Source: a virus (taxonomy: Duplodnaviria > Caudoviricetes). From it: a stretch of 56,730 bases of DNA. Both the position numbers and the translations under genes were made by a program. The notes beneath the pieces are model-generated. The model searched no databases and was not told the origin of the DNA. It saw nothing but the letters and a program-made list of their open reading frames with translations. Location of the stretch: the IMG/VR virus record IMGVR_UViG_3300025121_000062, positions 1 to 56,730 of that record; one strand, given 5' to 3'. Below are positions 9,088 through 18,471 of this stretch, one piece after another (the first letter of the stretch is position 1; every line of letters starts with the position of its first letter).

Positions 9088-9295
9088 TATCTTCGACACC
9101 GCCCAAGCCTTCCAAGCCAGGCTGAACTCCGACGCGGAGGCGCGCGCGAGGGGCAAGTCGGCGCCGGAAACGCACCCCGACTTCAACGGCCTGAACTGCG
9201 TGGACTGCGGCGAGGACATTCACCCCGCTCGGCTCGCACTCGGTAAGGTGCGTTGCTTCGAGTGTCAGGACTTTCTGGAGCGGGGGGTTAAGTAG
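9080..9295 (+). CDS. TraR/DksA C4-type zinc finger protein
   Basis: N-terminal DIFDTA (DxxDxA), CVDCGEDI...R...RCFECQ. Confidence 0.85.
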   Translation: MADIFDTAQAFQARLNSDAEARARGKSAPETHPDFNGLNCVDCGEDIHPARLALGKVRCFECQDFLERGVK

Positions 9296-10873
9296 GTGAC
9301 CGTCACCGTCCTCCCCGACGAGCGCGCCCTGGTCATCGAGACCGACGACCCTCGCATCCTCGCCACCATCCCCACAGCCGCGCAGCTCGCTCCGGGGTTC
9401 GTGTGCATGCCGCACGATGTGGACACGGGCATCCGGCTCGCTCTGCTGGGCATTGACGCCCCGAGCCCGATCGAACACTATTACGACTGGCCGCGCGACC
9501 ACATGACTATCCCGCAGCCATTCAACCACCAACCCGTGACGGCTGCGTTCATGGTATCGAATCCACACGGCTACGTCCTGAATGACATTGGCACCGGCAA
9601 GTCACTCACCGCGGCGTGGGCTGCCGACTACCTCATGGCCGCCGGCTACGGTCACCGCGCGCTGATCGTGGCGCCGCTCTCCACGCTGGAGCGCGTGTGG
9701 GGGGACACGCTGTTCGTTCACTTCACACATCGCAGCTTCGCCATCCTGCACGGCTCCGCCGAGCGGCGACGCCGCCTGCTGGCCCAGCCCTCCGACTTCT
9801 ATATCATCAACCATGACGGCATCGCCGTGATCGCCAAGGAACTCGCCAAGCGGCCCGACATCGACATCGTCATAATCGATGAGGTCGCGACATATCGCAA
9901 CAAACAGACTGGCCGGTGGAAAGTCGTCGAGGAGTTCCTCTACCCCACCGGCGGAACGCCGAAACCGTGGGTATGGGGCATGACGGGCACACCGACGCCC
10001 AACTCGCCTGAGGATGCCTACGGCCAGTGCCGTCTCATCACACCGACGACGGTGCCCAAGTTCTTCGGCCAGTTCCGCTCGATGGTGATGGATCACCAAT
10101 CGAACTACGTCTGGACACCACGCGACGAGGCTACCAAGATCGTGCATCAGGTCATGCGCCCGGCGATCCGATTTACGCGGGGTCAATGTGTCGATCTGCC
10201 CCCTACCACATACCAGACTCGTGACGTGCAGTTATCAGCCGAACAGACTAAGCACCTGAAGGATCTCATGCGCGAACTGGTCACTGAGGTCGAGGGTGCG
10301 CGCATCACCGCTGTTAATGAGGGGGTGAAAATTTCCAAGGCGATCCAACTGGCCGGCGGGTGTGTGTACGACACGGATAGCGTGCCCCACGAAATCGACA
10401 CAGGCAACCGAATGGAAGTACTGATGGAAGCGGTCGAAGAAGCGGGGGGTAAAATTTTGGTGTTCTGCCCCTTCACTTCCATGACTACAATGATTGCGAG
10501 AGAGCTTAACAAGCATTGGGAAACCGCGATAATCACCGGGGAAACTCCGGTCAAGGAGCGCAATGAAATTTTCATGCGGTTCGAGGATGAGAAGTCAGAC
10601 CTTGAGATCATCGTAGCGCATCCAGCAACGATGGCCCACGGGCTTACATTAGTGGCGAGCTCAGTCGTGATATGGTGGACAGCCATTGATAGCAACGACA
10701 CTTACACACAGGCATGTGGTCGCATCACGCGCCCAGGACAGAAGCGATCGACGTGCATCATCAACCTCTCAGGGTCTGCGATCGAGCGCAAGGTGTATAA
10801 GCGGCTTCAGGATAGGCAGAAGCACCAAGGACTCCTGTTGAGCATGGTAGAAAATGGGGAGAGCCTGATATGA
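9296..10873 (+). CDS. SNF2-like superfamily 2 helicase
   Basis: GTGKS, IIDE, MTGTP.PN, AHGLTL, QA.GRI.R.GQ. Confidence 0.9.
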   Translation: MTVTVLPDERALVIETDDPRILATIPTAAQLAPGFVCMPHDVDTGIRLALLGIDAPSPIEHYYDWPRDHMTIPQPFNHQPVTAAFMVSNPHGYVLNDIGTGKSLTAAWAADYLMAAGYGHRALIVAPLSTLERVWGDTLFVHFTHRSFAILHGSAERRRRLLAQPSDFYIINHDGIAVIAKELAKRPDIDIVIIDEVATYRNKQTGRWKVVEEFLYPTGGTPKPWVWGMTGTPTPNSPEDAYGQCRLITPTTVPKFFGQFRSMVMDHQSNYVWTPRDEATKIVHQVMRPAIRFTRGQCVDLPPTTYQTRDVQLSAEQTKHLKDLMRELVTEVEGARITAVNEGVKISKAIQLAGGCVYDTDSVPHEIDTGNRMEVLMEAVEEAGGKILVFCPFTSMTTMIARELNKHWETAIITGETPVKERNEIFMRFEDEKSDLEIIVAHPATMAHGLTLVASSVVIWWTAIDSNDTYTQACGRITRPGQKRSTCIINLSGSAIERKVYKRLQDRQKHQGLLLSMVENGESLI

Positions 10874-11361
10874 CATACAAAGTCGGAAACCGAGAAGGGC
10901 TCACCTCCAATCTCCGGCACGGGCATAACCGCGCCGGTAAGGTATCGCGTACCTACAAAGCATGGCGGGATATGCTCAATCGATGCCGCTACCCCGATCG
11001 CGCTTGCTACATAGACTACGCTGGAAGGGGCATAACTGTCTGCGCTGAATGGAACCCATCAATGGGAGGGGGCTTCATAGCGTTCCTCGCTGACATGGGG
11101 GAAGCCCCTGAACAAAGGTATCTCGACCGTAGAGATAACGAGAAGGGGTACTCCAAGGACAACTGTCGCTGGGCTACTCGGGTAGAACAGAATCAGAACC
11201 AGCGAAGTAATATCAATATCACGTTTGCAGGGGAGACGCACTGCGTAGCTGAATGGGCGCGAAATCTTGGGATTCATGAGCTTGTAATTTACAAGCGGCT
11301 GTATCGGGGCTGGACCCCAGAGCGGGCGTTGAGTACCCCTGTTAAGGGTAAGCAGTTATGA
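10870..11361 (+). CDS. free-standing HNH homing endonuclease
   Basis: Y..W..M..RC...Y.GRGITVC.EW...F..DMG...LDR.DN.KGY...NCRWAT..EQ..N. Confidence 0.85.
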   Translation: MTYKVGNREGLTSNLRHGHNRAGKVSRTYKAWRDMLNRCRYPDRACYIDYAGRGITVCAEWNPSMGGGFIAFLADMGEAPEQRYLDRRDNEKGYSKDNCRWATRVEQNQNQRSNINITFAGETHCVAEWARNLGIHELVIYKRLYRGWTPERALSTPVKGKQL

Positions 11362-11585
11362 ACCCCTTCGGCGCCACACCGGCAGGTGCAGCAGGACAAC
11401 GAGGCTTCGACTCCGCACAGAAGGCCCGCGACGCAGCGTTGGCGCAGCCTGCCACCAAGACCTTCGCCGTGCTCCAGTGCAAGGGCGAGTTCGCATGGGT
11501 TGCACCGGTGGAGGTTGTGCACAACAGGATCGGACTCGCCATGCTGGCGGGGATAAGCGTTGTCGAGTTCGGGCAGCGGCCATGA
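11358..11585 (+). CDS. hypothetical protein
   Basis: ATGA-coupled ORF in the operon. Confidence 0.6.
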   Translation: MNPFGATPAGAAGQRGFDSAQKARDAALAQPATKTFAVLQCKGEFAWVAPVEVVHNRIGLAMLAGISVVEFGQRP

Positions 11586-11746
11586 CCGCCCAGCACTGGC
11601 TACTCGGCATGCTCGCCACCACGGCGGTAATCTACGCAGCGACAGCGCTGGCCTATCACTTCAGCCTGCGGCCCGGCATGATGCTGGTGTTCGTGGGGTA
11701 CGCGGTGGCGAACGTCGGGCTGATCTGGGATGCGGCGGGGAAATGA
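11582..11746 (+). CDS. small two-TM membrane protein
   Basis: MTAQHWLLGMLATTAVIYAATALAYHFSLRPGMMLVFVGYAVANVGLIW; ATGA overlaps on both sides. Confidence 0.65.
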   Translation: MTAQHWLLGMLATTAVIYAATALAYHFSLRPGMMLVFVGYAVANVGLIWDAAGK

Positions 11747-12738
11747 AAATCCGGCTCACCCAGATCGACGGAGCGCTCCCCAACATCGCGCTGATGAAGC
11801 TCTCCGCATGGCATAAGGAGCAGGGCGATGATGTTCACTTCACCCGCGCGCTAGAGCCAGAACCGGGCGAGTCAGAGTACGACCTCGTTCTCGGCAGCTC
11901 GATATTCGATTTCAGCGAGGCCCGTCGTGCCCGGTTTCGGGCAGCATGGCCTACATCAATAACCGGCGGCACTGGAACCCCCCATAAGTTCACTGTGGAG
12001 GACGCGGTAGGCGAGGACTATGAGCGATACGACTACTCAGGATACCCAGAATTCACGGAGTCGATCGGGTTCGCTGCTCGCGGCTGCCGCTTGAAATGTA
12101 AGTTCTGCGTAGTACCCTCGAAAGAAGGAAAGCCACGCAGCGTGAACACTATCGAGGGCATCTGGCGCGGCGCGGGATTCCCAAAGAAGATACATCTGCT
12201 CGACAATGACTTCTTCGGCAACCCCAAATGGAAGGAGCGCATCGCTGAGATTCGTGACGGTGGATTCAGGGTGTGCCTCAGCCAGGGGATCAATGTGCGA
12301 TTGATCAATGATGAGGCCGCCGCCGCGTTGGCCACCATCCAATATCGCAATACGAAATTCAACGCGCGAAAGCTCTACACCGCATGGGATAACCTCGGCG
12401 ACGAGAAAGTATTCTTTCGCGGCGTAGACACTCTGGAGCACGCGGGCATCCCACCGAAGCACCTGATGGCATACATGCTCGTCGGGTATGACCCCACCGA
12501 AACGTGGGAGCGCATCTGGCACAGGTTCACTCTCATGCTGGAGCGGGGCATCCAGCCGTACCCCATGGTGTTCGACCGGTCTGTCAGCGCGATGAAAGTG
12601 TTCCAACGGTGGGTGCTTACCGGACTATACAGGGCCGTCCCATACAATAAGTATGATGAGGCCCGCCCCCGCAGCCCTGAGTCTGAAGTGGCATGGATGG
12701 CCTACGCCGACAGGATTGCGGCGGCCCTGCAAAAATAA
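11743..12738 (+). CDS. radical SAM protein
   Basis: RGCRLKCKFCVVP (CxxxCxxC), IDG..PNIALMKLS N-terminus, LLDNDF; start at MKIRL. Confidence 0.85.
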   Translation: MKIRLTQIDGALPNIALMKLSAWHKEQGDDVHFTRALEPEPGESEYDLVLGSSIFDFSEARRARFRAAWPTSITGGTGTPHKFTVEDAVGEDYERYDYSGYPEFTESIGFAARGCRLKCKFCVVPSKEGKPRSVNTIEGIWRGAGFPKKIHLLDNDFFGNPKWKERIAEIRDGGFRVCLSQGINVRLINDEAAAALATIQYRNTKFNARKLYTAWDNLGDEKVFFRGVDTLEHAGIPPKHLMAYMLVGYDPTETWERIWHRFTLMLERGIQPYPMVFDRSVSAMKVFQRWVLTGLYRAVPYNKYDEARPRSPESEVAWMAYADRIAAALQK

Positions 12739-12771
12739 AATTGAACTTGCCAAGAACTTTACTGTCTGACC

Positions 12772-12780
12772 TGCTACAAT
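12772..12780 (+). promoter_or_regulatory. possible extended -10 promoter (TGcTACAAT)
   Basis: Lies in the AT-rich gap before the GGAGG RBS of 12803; no properly spaced -35. Confidence 0.35.
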
Positions 12781-12802
12781 CACCAACCTGATGGAGGGAA
12801 CC

Positions 12803-13291
12803 ATGAGTGAAGAGATCAACCTCGACGAGGTAATGAGTCGCCGTTTCGAACTGGACGAGCAGATCACGGCGCGGCAACTCGCGCACAAGGCGGAGCTTCT
12901 GCCGCTGGTCGAGGAGATGCAACTGTGCGAGTCGTTCGTCAAGGCCGAACTCCTCAAGTCTGGCGCGCAGCAGTGGAAAAGCTCATCGACCGGGCACATG
13001 ACGTACTGGACTACCAAGGACAGCGTCACGGTCGAGGACATGGACGCCGTCATCGACTGCATCCTGACCGCCGCGCCGCTGCCCCCCAAGGATCCCGACT
13101 CGACGTACTTCATGTCCGATGACGGCTGGACGCGAATCCTGCGTCACATCCATGCCAACGGGCTGTGGATACTGCTCAACAAGGCCGTAAACAAGACAGT
13201 AGCGAAGGAGATGATCGAGGCCGCGACGCCGCCGCCGGGGATCAAGTACACGGCGTTCAAGGATCTTGCTTGGCGGAGGGGGAAGGTATGA
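12803..13291 (+). CDS. conserved phage replication-module hypothetical protein
   Basis: GGAGG RBS; coiled-coil N-terminus, LLNKAVNKT...PPGI C-terminus. Confidence 0.7.
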   Translation: MSEEINLDEVMSRRFELDEQITARQLAHKAELLPLVEEMQLCESFVKAELLKSGAQQWKSSSTGHMTYWTTKDSVTVEDMDAVIDCILTAAPLPPKDPDSTYFMSDDGWTRILRHIHANGLWILLNKAVNKTVAKEMIEAATPPPGIKYTAFKDLAWRRGKV

Positions 13292-13689
13292 AGCGCGACC
13301 GTAGCACCTTCGACAGCGCGTTCGCCGATGCTCTGTCGGGCATCCCCGCCCAACAATTTCCATCGCTGCTCGACTACTGGATGCTCCGGATGGCCGACGC
13401 CCGCCAGACCGAGTTCCACAATGCCAAAGGGGCGGTGCTCGTTTCGTTTCGCCTTCGCAGACGCCCATTCGATTCCGACGGGATCTCCAATCTGCGTATG
13501 CGGCTACGGGCGCATGAGTCTGTGGTTCTTCGTTCTGGCAAAGCTGTCCGACAGGCCATCACAGATTCGCGCGGTGTTGAGCTGTTTTCTGCACCGACCC
13601 ACCCGTCCACATTTGCGAAAGGCCCGCGACTGTCCAAGGGTGACTCTCTGGCGCTGAACATCTGCAACTTTCATATCCCATCTATCTAA
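13288..13689 (+). CDS. hypothetical protein
   Basis: ATGA overlap with the upstream gene; fills the gap to the next gene. Confidence 0.5.
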   Translation: MKRDRSTFDSAFADALSGIPAQQFPSLLDYWMLRMADARQTEFHNAKGAVLVSFRLRRRPFDSDGISNLRMRLRAHESVVLRSGKAVRQAITDSRGVELFSAPTHPSTFAKGPRLSKGDSLALNICNFHIPSI

Positions 13690-13711
13690 TACCCACCCAG
13701 GAGAACCAACC

Positions 13712-15190
13712 ATGAACGCAGTCGTCTCAGTCGTACCCAGCAACCTGCAACTCCCAGCCCACCTCCAATCGCCCGACATCGCAGCGTCCATCGCCGCAGC
13801 CAACGCGGCGGCGGCCGGCGGCGTCCGCGCCGGCGGGTTCCCCACCATTGGCATCAAGGCCAACAAGTTCTCGATCAAGGACGGCGACGAAACGACCGTG
13901 CTGATGCTGGCCCCCGCTGCGCCGGGCCAGCCTTCCTTGCCGATGATGTGCCTTGAGGTCGTGATCGTCGACGCCAACCCCGCACTCAGTCACACCTACT
14001 TCGAAGGCGAGTACGTCGAAGGCGAACATCTGGAACCGGCGTGCCGGTCGGCCAACGGCGTGACGCCGGACGCTGACGTGGCGGTGAAGCAGTCCGCCGT
14101 CTGCGCCACTTGCCCGCAGTATGCATGGGGCAGCAAGGTAAGTAAGCTGACCGGCAAGCCGGTGCGCGCCTGTGGCGACTCGAAGCAGCTCGCCGTCGTG
14201 CCGGCCAACGATCTGAACTACAAGATGCTCGGCCTGCAGGTCAAGGCGGGTTCGCTCAAGAACTGGGGCACCTACATCCAGGCGCTGTCAGGCCGTGGTT
14301 ATGGCGTCTCGACGCTGGTCACCAACATCACCTTCGACCAGACCGCCAACGGCGTACTCCAGTTCAGCTTCAACCGGTTCCTGTCCGAAGCCGAGTACAA
14401 CAAGGTCAATGAACGCAAGACTGGCGACGATGTGAAGCTCATCGTGGCACAGTCGCGCTCGCTGGCCTCCGCACCGGCACTCGCTGCTCCTGCTGCGAAC
14501 CTCGGACTGCCTGCGCCCGAAGTCGCCGCTCCTGCCGCTCCGGTTCAGACTGGTGGATTCGGCGCTGCTCCCGCACCCACCATTGCGCCAGAACCCCCCG
14601 CGCCTCCGCCCGTACCCACCAGCCCGACCGCCGAGTTTCCATTCGCCGGGCTCCAGGCCAATGTGGAGCTGACTGTCGCGGCGGTCGGCGGGTTGGAGAC
14701 TCACGCTGGGCAGCGCGCCTACCAGGCGCTCACTGGCATCGACTATATGACACTGGTCGCCGCACTCAGCGCCGCGCCGGCTGCCGCACCTGCCCCCACA
14801 GGGCCGCCGAAACGCAGCCGTCGCACCCGTGCGGAGATGGAAGCTGCCAAGCCAGTCACCGGCACTGTGCCGAACCTGAGCCATATCCCTGCGGATATCA
14901 TGGCAACCATCAACGCCGTGGGTGCCACGTCAGCCGCCGGGCAGGCGCTGATCGCTGCGTACCCCGCCCCTCAAGCCACAGCCCCGGTCGCTACCCCGCA
15001 GCCACAAGCCGCGCCCGCACCGACGCCCCTTCCCGTCGCTGCAGCACCGGCGGCTGTGGCCCCCACTACCGGCTTCGGTGCTGCTGCGGCGCCTCCGGTG
15101 CAGGCCGCTCCTACGGCACAGGTCGTGGCTGCCGGTGCCAGCCTGGCTGAGAAGCTGCGCGCCAAGCTCGGGTTGAACGGAGCGGCGTGA
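13712..15190 (+). CDS. putative single-stranded DNA-binding / annealing protein with long Ala-Pro tail
   Basis: AGGAG RBS; P.C.S.NG..PD...C..CP...WGS...RAC domain typical of phage replication modules; low-complexity C-terminal half. Confidence 0.6.
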   Translation: MNAVVSVVPSNLQLPAHLQSPDIAASIAAANAAAAGGVRAGGFPTIGIKANKFSIKDGDETTVLMLAPAAPGQPSLPMMCLEVVIVDANPALSHTYFEGEYVEGEHLEPACRSANGVTPDADVAVKQSAVCATCPQYAWGSKVSKLTGKPVRACGDSKQLAVVPANDLNYKMLGLQVKAGSLKNWGTYIQALSGRGYGVSTLVTNITFDQTANGVLQFSFNRFLSEAEYNKVNERKTGDDVKLIVAQSRSLASAPALAAPAANLGLPAPEVAAPAAPVQTGGFGAAPAPTIAPEPPAPPPVPTSPTAEFPFAGLQANVELTVAAVGGLETHAGQRAYQALTGIDYMTLVAALSAAPAAAPAPTGPPKRSRRTRAEMEAAKPVTGTVPNLSHIPADIMATINAVGATSAAGQALIAAYPAPQATAPVATPQPQAAPAPTPLPVAAAPAAVAPTTGFGAAAAPPVQAAPTAQVVAAGASLAEKLRAKLGLNGAA

Positions 15191-15471
15191 TGGACTTCGC
15201 CCGTGTGCTCGCTGAGTCCGGTCTGACCAAGATCGATCTGGCGAACCTGTACGGCGTCAGCCGGCAGACCATCCACGGGTGGGCCTTCATCGGCCCCCCG
15301 CGGGTGGGCAGCCTGCTGGCCCGGCACGCCGAAGTCATCACGCAAGCCTTGATCGCTGCCATCGAGCGGGGGTTACTCCCCCTCGAAGCGACGAGCAAGG
15401 CCGCCCGGCGCGAGCGTGTTGCGAAAATGGCCGCGCGGCTGCAAGGACTGAAACCCGCCCCTGTTCGTTGA
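15187..15471 (+). CDS. HTH DNA-binding protein
   Basis: GLTKIDLANLYGVSRQTIHGW (Cro/XRE-like HTH). Confidence 0.75.
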   Translation: MMDFARVLAESGLTKIDLANLYGVSRQTIHGWAFIGPPRVGSLLARHAEVITQALIAAIERGLLPLEATSKAARRERVAKMAARLQGLKPAPVR

Positions 15472-15496
15472 GGGGGCATAACAAGAAGGGGGCGGG

Positions 15497-15667
15497 ATGA
15501 AGGCGTGCGCGATGTGCAAGGCGATGCTGCTGCTATCGGAATTCCACAAGCAGCCGAGCGGGCCGAAAGGTCGGCATTCATACTGCAAGGGGTGCTACGC
15601 ATCACGATACAAGGGCATCCGAAAGCGGAACGAAGACCCCGCAAGATCCTCCCGGCGCACAGAATGA
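15497..15667 (+). pseudogene. zinc-finger-only remnant of a homing endonuclease (56 aa)
   Basis: MKACAMCK...EFHK...GRHSYCKGC resembles the N-terminus of the 47460-48116 HNH; no nuclease domain; ATGA overlap with the primase. Confidence 0.6.
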
Positions 15668-18471
15668 ACACTGCCGAGTTCCTCAAGAAAATTTTGCCCT
15701 CCGCTGGCCTGTATGTCATCGGCCGCCTGACTGCCAAGGGGATGTGGCATCAGGTATGCGAATCGGTCGAGGAGGCAGCAGCGTTCGCACTCCAATGTGA
15801 CGCACAGGGGGTTGCTACCTATCACGCAGTTGCGTCCTACCGCGAGCGCCAAGTCGAATCCGTGCGCCCCGACGGCACGGTATGGAAGCAAGTCCGCACA
15901 CACAAAAACGTGCAGTACCTTCGTAGCTTTTTCCTCGACCTTGATGTGAAGCCAGGTAACCCGGCGGCATTTGAATCCCAGGAGGATGCGTGCGAGGCGC
16001 TCCGCAAGTTCTGTGATGCGGCGGGGCTGTCGCTCCCCCTTTTGGTATCCTCTGGCACCGGGGTACATTGCTACTGGGTGCTCGCTCAAGACATCATCCC
16101 TGCAGCGTGGAAGCGCACGGCTGACGGGCTGAAACTACTCTGCGCTAGCCTCGCGTTCAAGGCGGACCCGGCGGTGACCGGCGACCTAGCCCGCATACTC
16201 CGCCCCGTAGGTACATGGAATCGGAAAGACCCACAGAATCCGCGCGCAGTTGAGATAGTCTATGACGCTGACCCCGTCGAGTACGCCGCTTTCGATGCTC
16301 GTGTTTCGGCAGCGTTAAAAGCGCATGGTGTCAAGCCCCCTGAAGGGGTTCGTCAAGTTGTAGCCCCGGCAGAGAAGATAAACCAGCAGTTCGACATTGC
16401 CAGGGACTTCCCACCATGCTCTATTACCAAGGTCGCAGAGAAATGCGCGCAGGTCCGGTCGGTTCGCGATTCTCGCGGGCTCGTATCAGAACCCGCGTGG
16501 TATAGTTTCATACAACTGGCATGCCATTCGACTGAAGGCGATGCCACAATTCATGAATGGAGTAACGGCCATGCCTCATATTCCGCTGAGAAAACAGCTC
16601 GCAAGATTACTCAGATACGCAGCCAGTCTCTTGGACCCACCCTATGTACCACGTTTGAAAGTCGCGTACCCGGCGGGTGCGACGGCTGCCCGTTCAAAGG
16701 GAAGATCAGCTCCCCTGCGCAGTTAGGCACCTACATCGTCAGTGCCCCGGCGCCGACCGTCCAGGTCACTGTCGCCAACGTCACGACCACCGTCACGCTC
16801 CCTCCACCGCCAAATGGGTATATCCGAGGAGAGGACGGCGGCATCTACGTCGAGGAGGATGGGGTTACGACGCGCATTTACGAGTTCGACTGCTTCCCGG
16901 TCGAGCTGGCGCATGACGAGCAGCTTGGCTACGAGACGATGCGGTGGCGGCACTGGCTCCCACAGGAGGGCTGGAAGGAGTGCACCCTGCGTTCGTCGCT
17001 GGTGGCCAAGCCGGCCGACTTCATGGTAGCCCTGATCGACAACCACATCCAACCCCTCATAAAGGCCAAGTTCATCATGTATGGAGATGCCTACATCCGC
17101 CGCTTGCGTAGCGACACCAAGCTGCGGCAACTGTTCAAGTCGCAAGGATGGAAGCATGACGACACCGAGTTCGTGCTGGGCGACAAGCTGTACCGCCCCG
17201 ACGAGGTGATCCAGGCGGGCTTCAGTCATGGCATGGCAGAGTTCCTTGCCCCCTTCCACGCCAAGGGCAGCATCGAGCCATGGCGTACCCTGACGGAGGT
17301 GTTCGACCATCCGGGCTTCGAGCCCCACGCCTTCATGCTGCTGCTCGCCTTCGCCGCCCCGCTGCTCAAGCTGGCCGGCCGCGAGGGGAGCACCATCAAC
17401 GCGCTGGGCGAGTCGGGCGTCGGCAAGAGCACCATGGCGCAGTTTATGTCCAGCGTCTACGGCTCGCCCAAGGGCGCGTGGGTCGGCCGCGACGACACCA
17501 AGCTGGCGCGCATGCAGCGGCTCGGCGCCCACTACAACCTGCCGGTGTACATGGACGAAGCCACGACGATCGACAACAAGGATCTGCGCGACCTGATCTA
17601 CTCCATCCCCACCGGCAAGAACCGCACCAGCATGAAGGCCGACTACACCATGCGGCCTGGCGCGGAGTGGGTCACGCTGTTCGTCACCTCGACCAACAAC
17701 TCACTCCAGACCAAGCTGCAACTGGAGAACCAGAACGCCGAGGCCGAGACGCTGCGACTGTTCGAGTTCAAGTTCCCGCGGGTTTCAGCGTTTGCTGAAA
17801 TCGCCAAGATCATCCCGTCGGTCATTCAGGAGAACTACGGAGTAGCCGGGCCGATCTACATCCAGTACCTAGTGCAGAACCGCGACACCATTCGTGAGCG
17901 GCTGCGCGACTTGGAGAACGGCGTGGTGGCACAGGCCGAGCGCGGGATGCAGATGAACGACAAGGAGCGCTTCTGGTCGCAGATCGTTGCACTGGCCATG
18001 TACGGCGGCGAACTGGCGCGGGCGGCGGGCGTGATCAGCTTCGACCCGCGCCGCATCCACAACTGGCTGCTGGGCGAGACGCAGCGCATGCGCTCCACAC
18101 TGGACGAGAGTGTGGTCGGCCCGGTGGCCATACTGGCCAACTTCCTCAATGAGCACGTCGGCGAGAGGCTGGTGGTGAACCCGTTGAACGCCGACATGAG
18201 CGCGGTGCAGGACAAGCCCTACCGCGAGGTCAGCCAGCGGTACGAACCGAAGATCAAGACGCTGTGGATCAGCCGCAAGCGGATCAAGTTCTACATGGAC
18301 AAGAACCACTTCAACTTCGCTGAGACCGAGACGGCGCTGATCAAGATCGGTGTGCTGACTGAACCGCGCACCGTTCGGACCCTCGGTGCCGGGACCAACT
18401 ACGCCTCCGGCCCGACGCCGTGCTGGCAGGTGGATGTGGGGCATGCAGAAATGGAAGGGGTGGCGGTATGA
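15664..18471 (+). CDS. primase-helicase (AEP/RepB-like primase, Cys cluster, DUF927 helicase)
   Basis: FFLDLD, SSGTGVHCYW, RILRP.GT.N, C...CDGC, Walker A GESGVGKST, Walker B YMDE; start at MNTAEFL. Confidence 0.85.
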   Translation: MNTAEFLKKILPSAGLYVIGRLTAKGMWHQVCESVEEAAAFALQCDAQGVATYHAVASYRERQVESVRPDGTVWKQVRTHKNVQYLRSFFLDLDVKPGNPAAFESQEDACEALRKFCDAAGLSLPLLVSSGTGVHCYWVLAQDIIPAAWKRTADGLKLLCASLAFKADPAVTGDLARILRPVGTWNRKDPQNPRAVEIVYDADPVEYAAFDARVSAALKAHGVKPPEGVRQVVAPAEKINQQFDIARDFPPCSITKVAEKCAQVRSVRDSRGLVSEPAWYSFIQLACHSTEGDATIHEWSNGHASYSAEKTARKITQIRSQSLGPTLCTTFESRVPGGCDGCPFKGKISSPAQLGTYIVSAPAPTVQVTVANVTTTVTLPPPPNGYIRGEDGGIYVEEDGVTTRIYEFDCFPVELAHDEQLGYETMRWRHWLPQEGWKECTLRSSLVAKPADFMVALIDNHIQPLIKAKFIMYGDAYIRRLRSDTKLRQLFKSQGWKHDDTEFVLGDKLYRPDEVIQAGFSHGMAEFLAPFHAKGSIEPWRTLTEVFDHPGFEPHAFMLLLAFAAPLLKLAGREGSTINALGESGVGKSTMAQFMSSVYGSPKGAWVGRDDTKLARMQRLGAHYNLPVYMDEATTIDNKDLRDLIYSIPTGKNRTSMKADYTMRPGAEWVTLFVTSTNNSLQTKLQLENQNAEAETLRLFEFKFPRVSAFAEIAKIIPSVIQENYGVAGPIYIQYLVQNRDTIRERLRDLENGVVAQAERGMQMNDKERFWSQIVALAMYGGELARAAGVISFDPRRIHNWLLGETQRMRSTLDESVVGPVAILANFLNEHVGERLVVNPLNADMSAVQDKPYREVSQRYEPKIKTLWISRKRIKFYMDKNHFNFAETETALIKIGVLTEPRTVRTLGAGTNYASGPTPCWQVDVGHAEMEGVAV

